A DNA stretch of 64,000 nucleotides from Bdellovibrionales bacterium (GTDB taxonomy: Bacteria; Bdellovibrionota; Bdellovibrionia; Bdellovibrionales; JAGQZY01), in assembly GCA_031426555.1 (NCBI GenBank), contig JANPLN010000062.1, positions 16,780 through 80,779 on the forward strand, read 5' to 3'. This document shows positions 39,276-48,011 of this stretch, in pieces. Position numbers and translations under genes: made by a program. The notes beneath the pieces were generated by a model. It saw only the letters and a list, made by a program, of their open reading frames with translations. It was not told the DNA's origin and ran no database searches. Positions within the stretch are counted from its first letter, which is position 1. The number at the start of each line of letters is the position of its first letter.

Positions 39276-40229
39276 TTAGAATTGGTAGCGCCCAATATTT
39301 GCAATATTACTCTTGTATGCCCAGTCCATAAATTCTCTAGAGCTCATTTCTGGTCCATTGTCACAACGGGTTTTCTTTGGAAGATTCTTTAATGATTCAA
39401 AAAAATCAATCATTGTTCGACTCGTAGTTGAATGCTCAGCGAGAAGTCCTGGCGTTTTTTTTGTGCAGTCGTCGACGATATTTAAAACTTTTAATCTCCT
39501 GTCATTCTCGAATCTGTCTGATACAAAATCAAAGGACCAAACCTCATTAGGGCGTGTCGTTTTATTGTGGGGCGCGCGAGTGACGGCCATTTGCTTTCGC
39601 CTCCTGAGATCTTTAATCTGCAAGCGTAGTTTTTTTATAATTTCTGGCCGTCCAATGTTCGCTCACAACAAGACCTTCGCGCTTTAGCAGAAAATGAATT
39701 CTCGGAAGACCAAATCTTGGGTGCTTCGTTGAAAGCTGCTTCTTTCGCAACTCAAGATCCTCATCTTTTGAGGTTCGTGGCTTGTAGGTCATCGTCGATC
39801 GATTCAGACTCAAAAAATTCGCTGTCCGGCGAACGCTCGCTTCGTAATTCAAAATCAGATACGAAGCGGATTTTCTCTGGGAATTGAGCCCTACCACTTT
39901 TTTTGAATTTACATTTTTCAACATGACAATATCAAAACTTAGATCCGCAACGAGTTTCTTATGTTTTGAATTCTCGTATTCCAATTCTTTCAATCGTTTC
40001 GCCTCGTTGACCGTCATGTTGGAAAATTTCTTTTTCCAATTATAAATCGTCGGCTCAGACACACCAAATTCGCGCTCGAGCGTTTTTGTGGTCTCGCCTT
40101 TTCGATTGCGAATTAGAACTTTTATGATCTGTTCTTCTGTGAACTTTCTTTTCATCTTGCACTCCCTTAGTCTAGGTTGACCCGGATTCACTCAAGTTCC
40201 AAACGGTCTACATTTTTGGGGTAGCCTCA
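39276..40229 (-). mobile_element. Truncated IS3-family (IS407-group-like) insertion sequence
   Basis: Left end TGAGGCTACCCCAAAAATGTAGACC at 40229; orfA MKRKFTEEQII from 40155; orfB with WSFDF and DNGPE but frameshifted near 39620 and cut before the catalytic Glu; no right IR seen. Confidence 0.9.
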
Positions 40230-40529
40230 CCTGCTGTTAGCACTCTTTATCTTTTTAATGTAACTAAGGAAAACAGTCCTATAGACTCAAGTGACACAAT
40301 GACTAACAAAGCTTGATAAGAATTTAAGTCGGGGCCAAAATATTCGTAGTTACCACGCCCTGAAGGTAAGTAAAACGTAAACTGTGATCAAAGTCTGTTC
40401 GCAGGACCATCTCAAAAACTTTGAAGAATATCGGCAAAAAGTAGTTCTACTTTCCAATTCAGGCTCTTTCAGTGTCCTAAACGAAAACTAGACTTCATTG
40501 TGTCTCATTTTCACCCGATAAAAAGCTAA

Positions 40530-43500
40530 ATGCATGAAAAGATTAATTTTATTAAAAGTCACATGCCTGATCTGTATGATTTCTCAATCTTACAAATCTT
40601 GTATACGCCCGACGAATTTGACGACGCACTAAATCGTTTTGATGTGCGTTCCTACGCAGCGGGTGAAGTAATCGCCCACGAAGGTGAAACTCCGGATGGT
40701 CTCCTAATTCCTCTTACTGGAAAAATTGAAATCTTCTCGAAGAGTTTTGAAGAGCTCGAAACAAGTGGGATGGTAGTTCCGTTTCGCAGTGTAAACACGT
40801 ATGTGGCTTTGCGCCAAAGACCGCTTAATTATTCAATTCGATTTGAGTCTGAGGGAGAGCTCCTTGTAGTCCCCTACGACGAGTTGCAAAAAAAGCTTCG
40901 CGAAAAACCAGAAGCAGCAAGATATCTTACCCACGTCACCGAAAATATCGAAATTCGTTCCATTGCCAAATCCTTAGAGTCTCTTGGTTGCTCGGTAGAT
41001 TTTAAAGTGGCACTCGTTGCTAGTTTTGAATTCCACAGTTACGAACCGCAAGAGTGGATTTTAGAATCAAATAAAACCGTGAAGCGCGCCTTTTACTTTT
41101 TTGAAGGCCAAATCATTACGCAGCAGAAGTTAAATAAGAGCGGGCGGTTATCCCAGTGGCCAATCCCTTGTCGAAGATGGTGTCTCTGGAGCGAAGCCAT
41201 GGAAGGTGCAGCTGTTCAAGGGGTGTACAAAGCCACCTCCCGCACCACCGGTGTTTCGATTTCCACCGAAAGCCTTTTATTGCTCAAAACAAAATTGCCA
41301 GATGATTTTAAGAAGCTAGAGAAAACCCTCACTGAAGGTTCCATTGCTGATATTTCAAGCTCGGAGATTCAGCAAGATTTTGATGTGGAACAGTTTATCA
41401 GTCAATCGACCACGAATCGTACCCCTCGTTTTAAAAGCTGGCCGTGGGTGGCTCAAGCGGACCTGATGGATTGTGGCCCAGCTTGTATGGCCATGGTTTC
41501 CCAGTATTTTGGAAAAAATACTCCACTTCAGTTTTGGCGCAATATTCTCGCGACAAATCGCTCCGGCACATCCCTTTTTGATCTTGCCTTCGTCTCCGAA
41601 AAAAATGGCTATATTTCAAGCGCACTTGGTGTTGAAAGAATCGAGGAGCTCGATCCCAAACTTTTACCCTTCATCGTTGTTCGACGCGACCATTACCTCG
41701 TGGTCTACGAAATAAAAAAAGACAAAATAGTGGTCGGCGATCCTGTCGCGGGGATTGTTAAACTCGATTTTGAGGAATTTTACGATGGGTTTGAACAGGC
41801 GGTACTAGTTTTAAAACCAAACGAAGAATTTGCTGCGCTTCCAGCGAGAAAATACAAATACAGCCATTATTTTACACTTCTTTTGGACTTTAAAGTGGAG
41901 TTGAGTTTAAGTTTTATGATCTCATTGATGATGATCATTCTGGGCTTAGGCACTCCTTTACTTACGCAAATTTTTCTAGACGATGTGCTCGTGCGCCGCG
42001 ATTTAAATATGATGTGGCTCGCTTCCGCAGGGGGACTACTCCTTGCGATCATCAATTCGTTCATGAGCTGGTCAAAAACCTATTATCAAAATTATTTAGC
42101 AACAAAACTCGATTACAAATTGAGCTCGATATTTTTGAAAAAAATAGTGAGTCTTCCGTACAGCTATTTTGTTGATCGCCACGTTGGTGACGTCATAACG
42201 CGCTTTCAAGAATTACAAAAATTAAAGGATTTTCTCCTGCATTCCAGTGAAAGCATCGTCCTTTCGTTTTTTAGCTTACTGATTTACGGCACAATTCTTT
42301 CTTTATATTCGCCTACGATTGCGATGACTGTTGTTGGCTCCATGCCTCTTTTTGCTTTTATATCTTGGATGACGGGACGAAAGTTAACCGTGATAAGTCA
42401 GGAAATTTTCACCAAAAACTCTGAGGTTGCAAGCTCACTCAACGACACGTTCAAAGGAATCGCAGTTATTAAATCTCTAGGTGGCGAGCTGGCTACGCGA
42501 TGGCGTTACCAAGAAAAATTAGTACAACTTTTAAAATCCGAAAGAGATTTCGAAATCAGCGCCAAATCTTTCGATGTTATTGTAAACTTTTATGTGGAAG
42601 TTGTTAATTATATCGTTTTAGGATTGTCTGTGTTTTTAGCGATTAAAGGGGAGCTATCACCGGGTCAGGCTATCGCCATTACCCTTTTAGCGAATCGAGT
42701 CTTCGGGCCTTTACTGCATATTGCCGATCAGTTTGGCGAAATCCAGCAAGTCTTTTCGGTGTTTGATCGATTGAACGATGTGTTTTTTACGCAGAGTGAA
42801 AATTCGAAAAAACGTGGTCACGTAAAAAAAGAAAAGCTATTGGGCGAAATAGAGTTTCGTGATGTGTGGTTTAGATACGGCGGCGAAGGGGCCGATTGGG
42901 TTCTAAATGGTCTTAACTTTAAGATAGAAGCAGGTACGAAATTGGCAATCGTCGGGCCAAGCGGCTCAGGCAAATCAACAGTGGTCGGTTTATTGACACG
43001 AATGTATGAGCCCACTCGGGGACAAATCTTTGTCGATGGAAGAGATTATTTGGACTATGATGTTAATTGGCTGCGCGAAAAAATTGGTGTTCTGTACCAA
43101 GAAAGTCAGCTTTTTAGTGGTTCGATTTCGGAGAACATTGCCTTTTCGGAACCCGAGATCAATCAAAATAAAGTTGTTATGGTTTGCCAACAAGCAAATG
43201 CGAGCCATTTTATCGAAAGTAAGCCCATGGGCTACAACTACCGTTTGTCGCACGGTGGACTGGGTCTTTCAGGTGGTGAAAAACAACGGGTAGCTCTGGC
43301 GCGAACGTTTTACAAGCAGCCCGATGTCCTTGTGCTGGATGAGGCCACGTCAGCACTTGATGGTGAGGCTGAATCAGAGTTGTTGTTAACGCTTAAAACT
43401 TCCACCAGCTCCAGAACCGTCATTAATATAGCACATCGTTACTCCACGGTCCTGTCGTCAGATCTTGTATTTGTTCTTGCTAAAGGAAGATTGGTTGGCT

Positions 43501-43583
43501 TTGGGAGCCACGCCGAACTGCAAGTTAACAACGAAATGTATAAAAAGCTATTCCCGCAAAGCCAAGAGGAGATAGCTGCATGA
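40530..43583 (+). CDS. Peptidase-containing ABC transporter (PCAT): 2x cNMP-like + C39 peptidase + TMD + NBD
   Basis: QADLMDCGPAC (C315), HY (H388) and GDP (D404) triad; GPSGSGKS, LSGGEKQR, LDEATSALD and AHR motifs. Confidence 0.95.
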   Translation: MHEKINFIKSHMPDLYDFSILQILYTPDEFDDALNRFDVRSYAAGEVIAHEGETPDGLLIPLTGKIEIFSKSFEELETSGMVVPFRSVNTYVALRQRPLNYSIRFESEGELLVVPYDELQKKLREKPEAARYLTHVTENIEIRSIAKSLESLGCSVDFKVALVASFEFHSYEPQEWILESNKTVKRAFYFFEGQIITQQKLNKSGRLSQWPIPCRRWCLWSEAMEGAAVQGVYKATSRTTGVSISTESLLLLKTKLPDDFKKLEKTLTEGSIADISSSEIQQDFDVEQFISQSTTNRTPRFKSWPWVAQADLMDCGPACMAMVSQYFGKNTPLQFWRNILATNRSGTSLFDLAFVSEKNGYISSALGVERIEELDPKLLPFIVVRRDHYLVVYEIKKDKIVVGDPVAGIVKLDFEEFYDGFEQAVLVLKPNEEFAALPARKYKYSHYFTLLLDFKVELSLSFMISLMMIILGLGTPLLTQIFLDDVLVRRDLNMMWLASAGGLLLAIINSFMSWSKTYYQNYLATKLDYKLSSIFLKKIVSLPYSYFVDRHVGDVITRFQELQKLKDFLLHSSESIVLSFFSLLIYGTILSLYSPTIAMTVVGSMPLFAFISWMTGRKLTVISQEIFTKNSEVASSLNDTFKGIAVIKSLGGELATRWRYQEKLVQLLKSERDFEISAKSFDVIVNFYVEVVNYIVLGLSVFLAIKGELSPGQAIAITLLANRVFGPLLHIADQFGEIQQVFSVFDRLNDVFFTQSENSKKRGHVKKEKLLGEIEFRDVWFRYGGEGADWVLNGLNFKIEAGTKLAIVGPSGSGKSTVVGLLTRMYEPTRGQIFVDGRDYLDYDVNWLREKIGVLYQESQLFSGSISENIAFSEPEINQNKVVMVCQQANASHFIESKPMGYNYRLSHGGLGLSGGEKQRVALARTFYKQPDVLVLDEATSALDGEAESELLLTLKTSTSSRTVINIAHRYSTVLSSDLVFVLAKGRLVGFGSHAELQVNNEMYKKLFPQSQEEIAA

Positions 43584-44803
43584 GTGATCAAAACCGCGAT
43601 GACGAAGTTACACAGCATTTAAGTTGGGGGGCCATAACTTTTATCGAGCGCCCTTCATCGAAGGTGCTGGCTTTTGCGCTTTTTTCCTTGGTGTTAGGTG
43701 CGGTCATTTTTTTAGCACTGTCCACAATTTTTAAAATTGACATCTCGGTCAAGGTTAGTGGACAAATCAACTCCATTTATGGGATTAAAATTGCGCAGGT
43801 GAGCAGAGATGGAATTATTGAACAGATCCTCGTTGCCAATGGCGATCTTGTTCGAAAAGAGCAAGTTATTGCAAAACTCAAGATCCAGGGAAGTAGCGAG
43901 TTAGAGCTTGAATCAGTTAAAAAGAATATTAAATTTTATCTAGGTCAGATTCAAAGCAAAAAAGTGCCAAATAAAATTGTGGTTCCGTGGCCATCAAAAG
44001 TGAGTGATTCGCCTCTGCGTAGTCAATTTGTAGATTGCGAAAAAAAGCTTTCTAATTATTTATATCTCCGTTCGATTGGGCTGCAAAATGTAAAGGCAGA
44101 GACCGAGCCCATAAGTCAGCGCTTGGAGTTTCTCGATCAACAATTAACTCGAATCAAAAGCTCAAGATACCGAGATGATCTTCTGATGCAAAAGTACACA
44201 ATTCAGGACGAGGTTGGTCGTTTAAAAACTCAATTAGCCACCATCGAAAATGGGATGCGTCTCAAACTTCAGGAGGCCGAAATCGAGATTGAGCGTAGTT
44301 TAGAAAATACCTTGGCATTTTTGGAGTTATTTTTAGAGGCCCACTTTATCAAGGCGCCGGTCGACGGAAAGGTGCTTCGCTTTCAGCAGTTTATTGGTTC
44401 CAACATCAAAGCTGGCGATGCATTTGCAAACCTTGTTGAGGATTCTTCACCCCTCGTTGCTGAGGTGCTGGTGCCATCACGTGATATTTCAAGGGTTAAG
44501 GAAAGTGCGAACGTTTGGGTCTCCATTGATGCCTATCCGCGAAATAAATACGGTTATTTTAAAGGCAAAGTAATTAGCATTGAAAAACTCAAATCAAGCG
44601 TTGTTTCAGCAAAAGCAAGCACTGACGAAATGGGATATCTGGCCAAGATTTCGATTGATCTCGACGACTATAGACGAAATCCTGCCAGCGCAAAGAAAAA
44701 GGTTCAGTTGATTCCCGGAATGAAAGTTGACGTCCAAATTGTGTGGAAAAAAACAAGTCTCATGGGACTGTTTAAAAGCAATTTTGTAAGCGAGGACGAT
44801 TGA
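43580..44803 (+). CDS. HlyD family membrane fusion protein
   Basis: N-terminal TM; VANGDLVRKEQ, IKAPVDG, DAYP...YG..KGKV and LIPGM motifs; ATGA overlap with the PCAT. Confidence 0.93.
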   Translation: MSDQNRDDEVTQHLSWGAITFIERPSSKVLAFALFSLVLGAVIFLALSTIFKIDISVKVSGQINSIYGIKIAQVSRDGIIEQILVANGDLVRKEQVIAKLKIQGSSELELESVKKNIKFYLGQIQSKKVPNKIVVPWPSKVSDSPLRSQFVDCEKKLSNYLYLRSIGLQNVKAETEPISQRLEFLDQQLTRIKSSRYRDDLLMQKYTIQDEVGRLKTQLATIENGMRLKLQEAEIEIERSLENTLAFLELFLEAHFIKAPVDGKVLRFQQFIGSNIKAGDAFANLVEDSSPLVAEVLVPSRDISRVKESANVWVSIDAYPRNKYGYFKGKVISIEKLKSSVVSAKASTDEMGYLAKISIDLDDYRRNPASAKKKVQLIPGMKVDVQIVWKKTSLMGLFKSNFVSEDD

Positions 44804-46038
44804 AGTGCACCGCCGTATTCTTCATTGCAATGTTTATTGGATGTGTTGCATCGGCGGCGCTCTCCGACTCCGTTAAAAGAATAGCTGATTGTTCACTTGT
44901 TAACTCGAAAAAATTCGAAATTACAGAAGTTCTTGACTCGCGCATTCGACTCCAACAAACGAAAAATCAGTACCGTCCGCGACTGCAGGGATCGGTGAGT
45001 TATGGTGAACAAATTTCCGAAGGAATCACTTTTGCCTCAAGCACGTATTCACTGGACGTAGCGATGCCTGTGTACAATGGCACTCTCAATGCTGATATGC
45101 AACTGGCCTCTAAGTCGATACATGTTTCGGAAGCTAGATTGATTCAAAAGACCTATCAAATGACGCTATCCGCTTTACAGGAGATCTTAGATTTATATCA
45201 AAAAGAACAAGAAATGAAAATATTATCCGAAGAAAAAACAAATTATGAAAAACTTGTGAGCACAACACAGGCTTCGAGTCATGTTGGCCTTTCGGACAAA
45301 GTAGACTCGCTTCTTGCACAGCTTGCATACGAAAAGACAGCGTCAAAAATCAAGTTTTTGGAGATCGAAATTGAAAAAACCTTAAAGATATTTGTCCAAC
45401 GTTACGGTTTTGCAATGACAAAGTTTAGCGAGAGCGAATTTGCAACCGATGAAGACAGCCGAAACGAGCTACTTACGCCTGAATTAAGACTGATGAATTC
45501 CGAGCTGTCGCTGGTTACCTCTGAGATTCAAAAGGAAAAGTCCTATCTTCTTCCTCAGGTAGATATTTCTGGCGGCGTTTTCTCACAGCTTGGGGTGCTT
45601 CCTTATAATGGTTACCGCATAGGGCTTTCTTTTGATTTTAGTGGACTACTTAGAAGTTCAAAAATAAAGTCATCAGTTGTGTTGAGGAAACAAGCGATTC
45701 AGGAACAAAGAGGGAGGATAGCTTCTATTTTGGGGGAGGAGCGTAAGCTCGATAGTATAGCAGTTGATGCTCTTGAAAAACAAATCAATGCTATGGGAGA
45801 TGCTATCAAGTTAGCCGAAAGAGCCACTCAACTTTCTCGTGAAAAGATCAGGCTGGGGCGCTCGCAATTTACTGAGTTTGCCGCAATACAGGATACAGTT
45901 CGCGGGCTTCGTATGGAGTTTTTGAACCTTCAGCAAAAACTGGCTGGAATATTAATTAAACGAGCTACCGAGCGCTATTTTTCGGAGTCTCAGCTTTCGC
46001 TTCACAATGCCGCTTGTTCACTTCTTATCGCAAATTAG
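44800..46038 (+). CDS. TolC family outer membrane efflux protein
   Basis: Signal peptide; two helical repeats with YRPRL and YLLPQV; third gene of the T1SS operon. Confidence 0.75.
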   Translation: MKCTAVFFIAMFIGCVASAALSDSVKRIADCSLVNSKKFEITEVLDSRIRLQQTKNQYRPRLQGSVSYGEQISEGITFASSTYSLDVAMPVYNGTLNADMQLASKSIHVSEARLIQKTYQMTLSALQEILDLYQKEQEMKILSEEKTNYEKLVSTTQASSHVGLSDKVDSLLAQLAYEKTASKIKFLEIEIEKTLKIFVQRYGFAMTKFSESEFATDEDSRNELLTPELRLMNSELSLVTSEIQKEKSYLLPQVDISGGVFSQLGVLPYNGYRIGLSFDFSGLLRSSKIKSSVVLRKQAIQEQRGRIASILGEERKLDSIAVDALEKQINAMGDAIKLAERATQLSREKIRLGRSQFTEFAAIQDTVRGLRMEFLNLQQKLAGILIKRATERYFSESQLSLHNAACSLLIAN

Positions 46039-46044
46039 TCGATT

Positions 46045-46385
46045 CTAGGTGGGATTAGACTGTAGTACAGCTCAAACGCAAAAATTCCTCATGCTTACTG
46101 TTGGTCTCATGCGCGCAGAGAATTTTTTAAACTCGAATCGCACGATCCTTCGGTGATTCCTTTTGGATACGATTGATAAACTTTTTAACATAGAGCAAAG
46201 GGCAAAAACGTTTGATTGATTAAGAATTTCAAGAACCACCGAAAGGGAAGAGACGGTCCAAGAGTTAAAGAAGCTGCTGCGTTCAGATTATGCTCGTTCT
46301 CGATTAGAGTCACAGAAGCGTGAGGCTATTTTATATATAGAGAAACGATGGGTCGGCTTTAAGATACTCTTCGAAGATTTTCGTA
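46045..46385 (+). mobile_element. IS66-family TnpC transposase remnant
   Basis: HAYCWSHARREFF (cf. CWAHARRKF), then after a frameshift IDKLFNIEQ, an in-frame stop, and EAILYIEKRW; boundaries approximate. Confidence 0.8.
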
Positions 46386-46618
46386 TTCCGCAAACTGGTG
46401 CTGATAACGCAGCCACTCTTTATACAATTCTCGTATAATGCAAAAAAAAGATATTGATCCAAGAAGCTATTTACAGCTCGTATTAAGTTGGATCGCTGAA
46501 GGCGCAGAAGCAAAAAACATACGAACATCTCTCGCGTAGGCCAAACCACGAAAGCGCTCCAATTCCAACCCGTGAATTACTCAGGAGATACCATGAAGCG
46601 CGCGTATTTAACGCTTTT

Positions 46619-46640
46619 AAAATGCCGAGCAACCTCGGCA
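46619..46640 (-). terminator. Intrinsic terminator of the Gly-rich peptide gene
   Basis: Minus strand TGCCGAG-GTTG-CTCGGCA-TTTT, 8 nt after the stop codon. Confidence 0.65.
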
Positions 46641-46648
46641 AGCATTAA

Positions 46649-46888
46649 TCAAAAGGATCCGTGGCCCATACTGCCATTTTTGTCGACTCCGCAGCGTCCA
46701 TCTTTTCCTTTTTTGCCCGAAGAACCGCATCCGTCTTTGTCTTTACTACCGCCGCCGCTTCTGCCACCGCCACCGCCGCTACGACCGCCACCGCCGCTAC
46801 GACCGCCACTATCACTGCTTTTTCCGTCGCCTCTACCGCCGCCAATAACTTTTTTTGCCTTCTCTTTTCCCATTTTTTTTAACATCAT
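46649..46888 (-). CDS. Double-glycine-leader precursor peptide with Gly/Ser/Lys-rich core (putative PCAT substrate)
   Basis: AAGGAG SD; leader MMLKKMGKEKAKKVIGG with L-15, M-12, A-7 and V-4; own terminator; adjacent to a C39 exporter. Confidence 0.78.
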   Translation of the reverse strand: MMLKKMGKEKAKKVIGGGRGDGKSSDSGGRSGGGGRSGGGGGRSGGGSKDKDGCGSSGKKGKDGRCGVDKNGSMGHGSF

Positions 46889-47060
46889 GTTCTCCTTGGT
46901 AAGTTTGACTTATACTTCGGTCAGTATCCCGATAAACTAAAGGAGACTTACCTCATTTTTTTTAAAATAAATCTGCATTCGTTTTCAAGCAAAAAAAACA
47001 ATCTCAAAAAAATGCATTTTCTTGTCATTTTGTATTGTTTCGGAACGCAAGTTTGTCAGT

Positions 47061-47432
47061 TTCATTGACATTGCTGGCATGGCGATGTGCAAAAAGCTTC
47101 TGGAAGCTGGACAACCTGTGACAGTTTTTAATCGAATGTCGTCTAAAGGTGATCTAACAGGAACTTTGGCTCAGAGATCAAAAACACCCCAAGGCAGGTC
47201 GTACAGAATGTGGAGATTTTCCGCCGAAGTTTGCTGGTCCGCTCAAAGCTCAGTGCCCGAAGCGAAACCCAAAGTTTTATTCGTACTCACGAGCCATGAC
47301 GAAATAAAAACGAGGGGTACTAAAACTGGATTTTGGCTCTCAGATCGTACACATCCTTTTTTTGAATTCACAAATAACGGAGTCGACACTGAAATCGTCT
47401 TCATTGGTGTGGGTGATGCAACTGGAGAGCCG
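47061..47432 (+). pseudogene. Degenerate chimeric copy of the 27468 oxidoreductase 5' end fused to the 28372 DJ-1 gene 5' part
   Basis: 47084-47218 aligns to 27518-27653 and 47220-47432 aligns to 28435-28647, with scattered substitutions and small indels. Confidence 0.9.
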
Positions 47433-47622
47433 AACCAGAACCAGCTGTAACGTAAAAAGATGTCGGAAGTTAAGGCCGCTGCTAAAACTGGCAACACCTT
47501 ATGATTGAGATGTGCGAAGTCAAAAGACCACTCTTGTAACTGACTCATTTTGAGACATATTAAGAAAAATACATTTGCCTCGGCTTTCAGGGACAAGGAT
47601 ACTGATTCCTTGGAGGATTTAT

Positions 47623-48006
47623 ATGAATTTTAAAACTATCAAGAAGATTGTTGCTGTTACTTTGTCTATCATGCTGTCGAATGTTCCCCAGATCTTTGCC
47701 GCTGAGCAGGCTCAATCCGAGCAAATGATTTCCACCATGACTTGGGTGGGCGAGCAGAACCGCGAACAAACCCTGGAAAAAGTGCAAGCGTTTTTGAGTC
47801 GTAGCGATATTGGCGCGCAGCTTGCACAAACTGGCTATTCTGCGAGTGAAGTGAAAGCTCGCATGGCAAGTTTAAGCGATGCAGAACTTCAGCATCTGTC
47901 GGCCGAAATGGACAAAGCCACTTATGGTGGTGATGGCGTTGGTGGAATTTTGATCGTTGTGGTACTTGTGTTGTTGATCATTTATCTTGCAAAGCGTATT
48001 CAATAG
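47623..48006 (+). CDS. PA2779 family protein
   Basis: GGAGG SD; signal peptide; ARMASLSDAEL...GG followed by a C-terminal TM helix; paired with the peptidase gene. Confidence 0.85.
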   Translation: MNFKTIKKIVAVTLSIMLSNVPQIFAAEQAQSEQMISTMTWVGEQNREQTLEKVQAFLSRSDIGAQLAQTGYSASEVKARMASLSDAELQHLSAEMDKATYGGDGVGGILIVVVLVLLIIYLAKRIQ

Positions 48007-48011
48007 GTTGA

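Noticed and set aside
46649..46888. Microcin B17-like azole-modified RiPP
   Set aside because: The Gly/Ser/Cys content is suggestive, but no YcaO, dehydrogenase, rSAM or LanM gene is in the window. Modification in trans cannot be excluded.
46572..46940. Overlapping ORFs 46645-46845 (Ala/Val-rich), 46572-46940 (Pro-rich) and 46661-46882 (Ala/Thr-rich)
   Set aside because: These are alternative-frame shadows of the GGC/GGT repeat tract. Only the Gly frame combines an SD, a GG leader and a terminator.
47022..47450. 142-aa novel fusion protein
   Set aside because: Chimeric relic with frame changes relative to its parent genes, TTG start and no SD.
47541..47557. TGACTCA-TTT-TGAGACA near-palindrome upstream of the PA2779-like gene
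   Set aside because: Plausible operator, but one imperfect instance and no regulator can be assigned.
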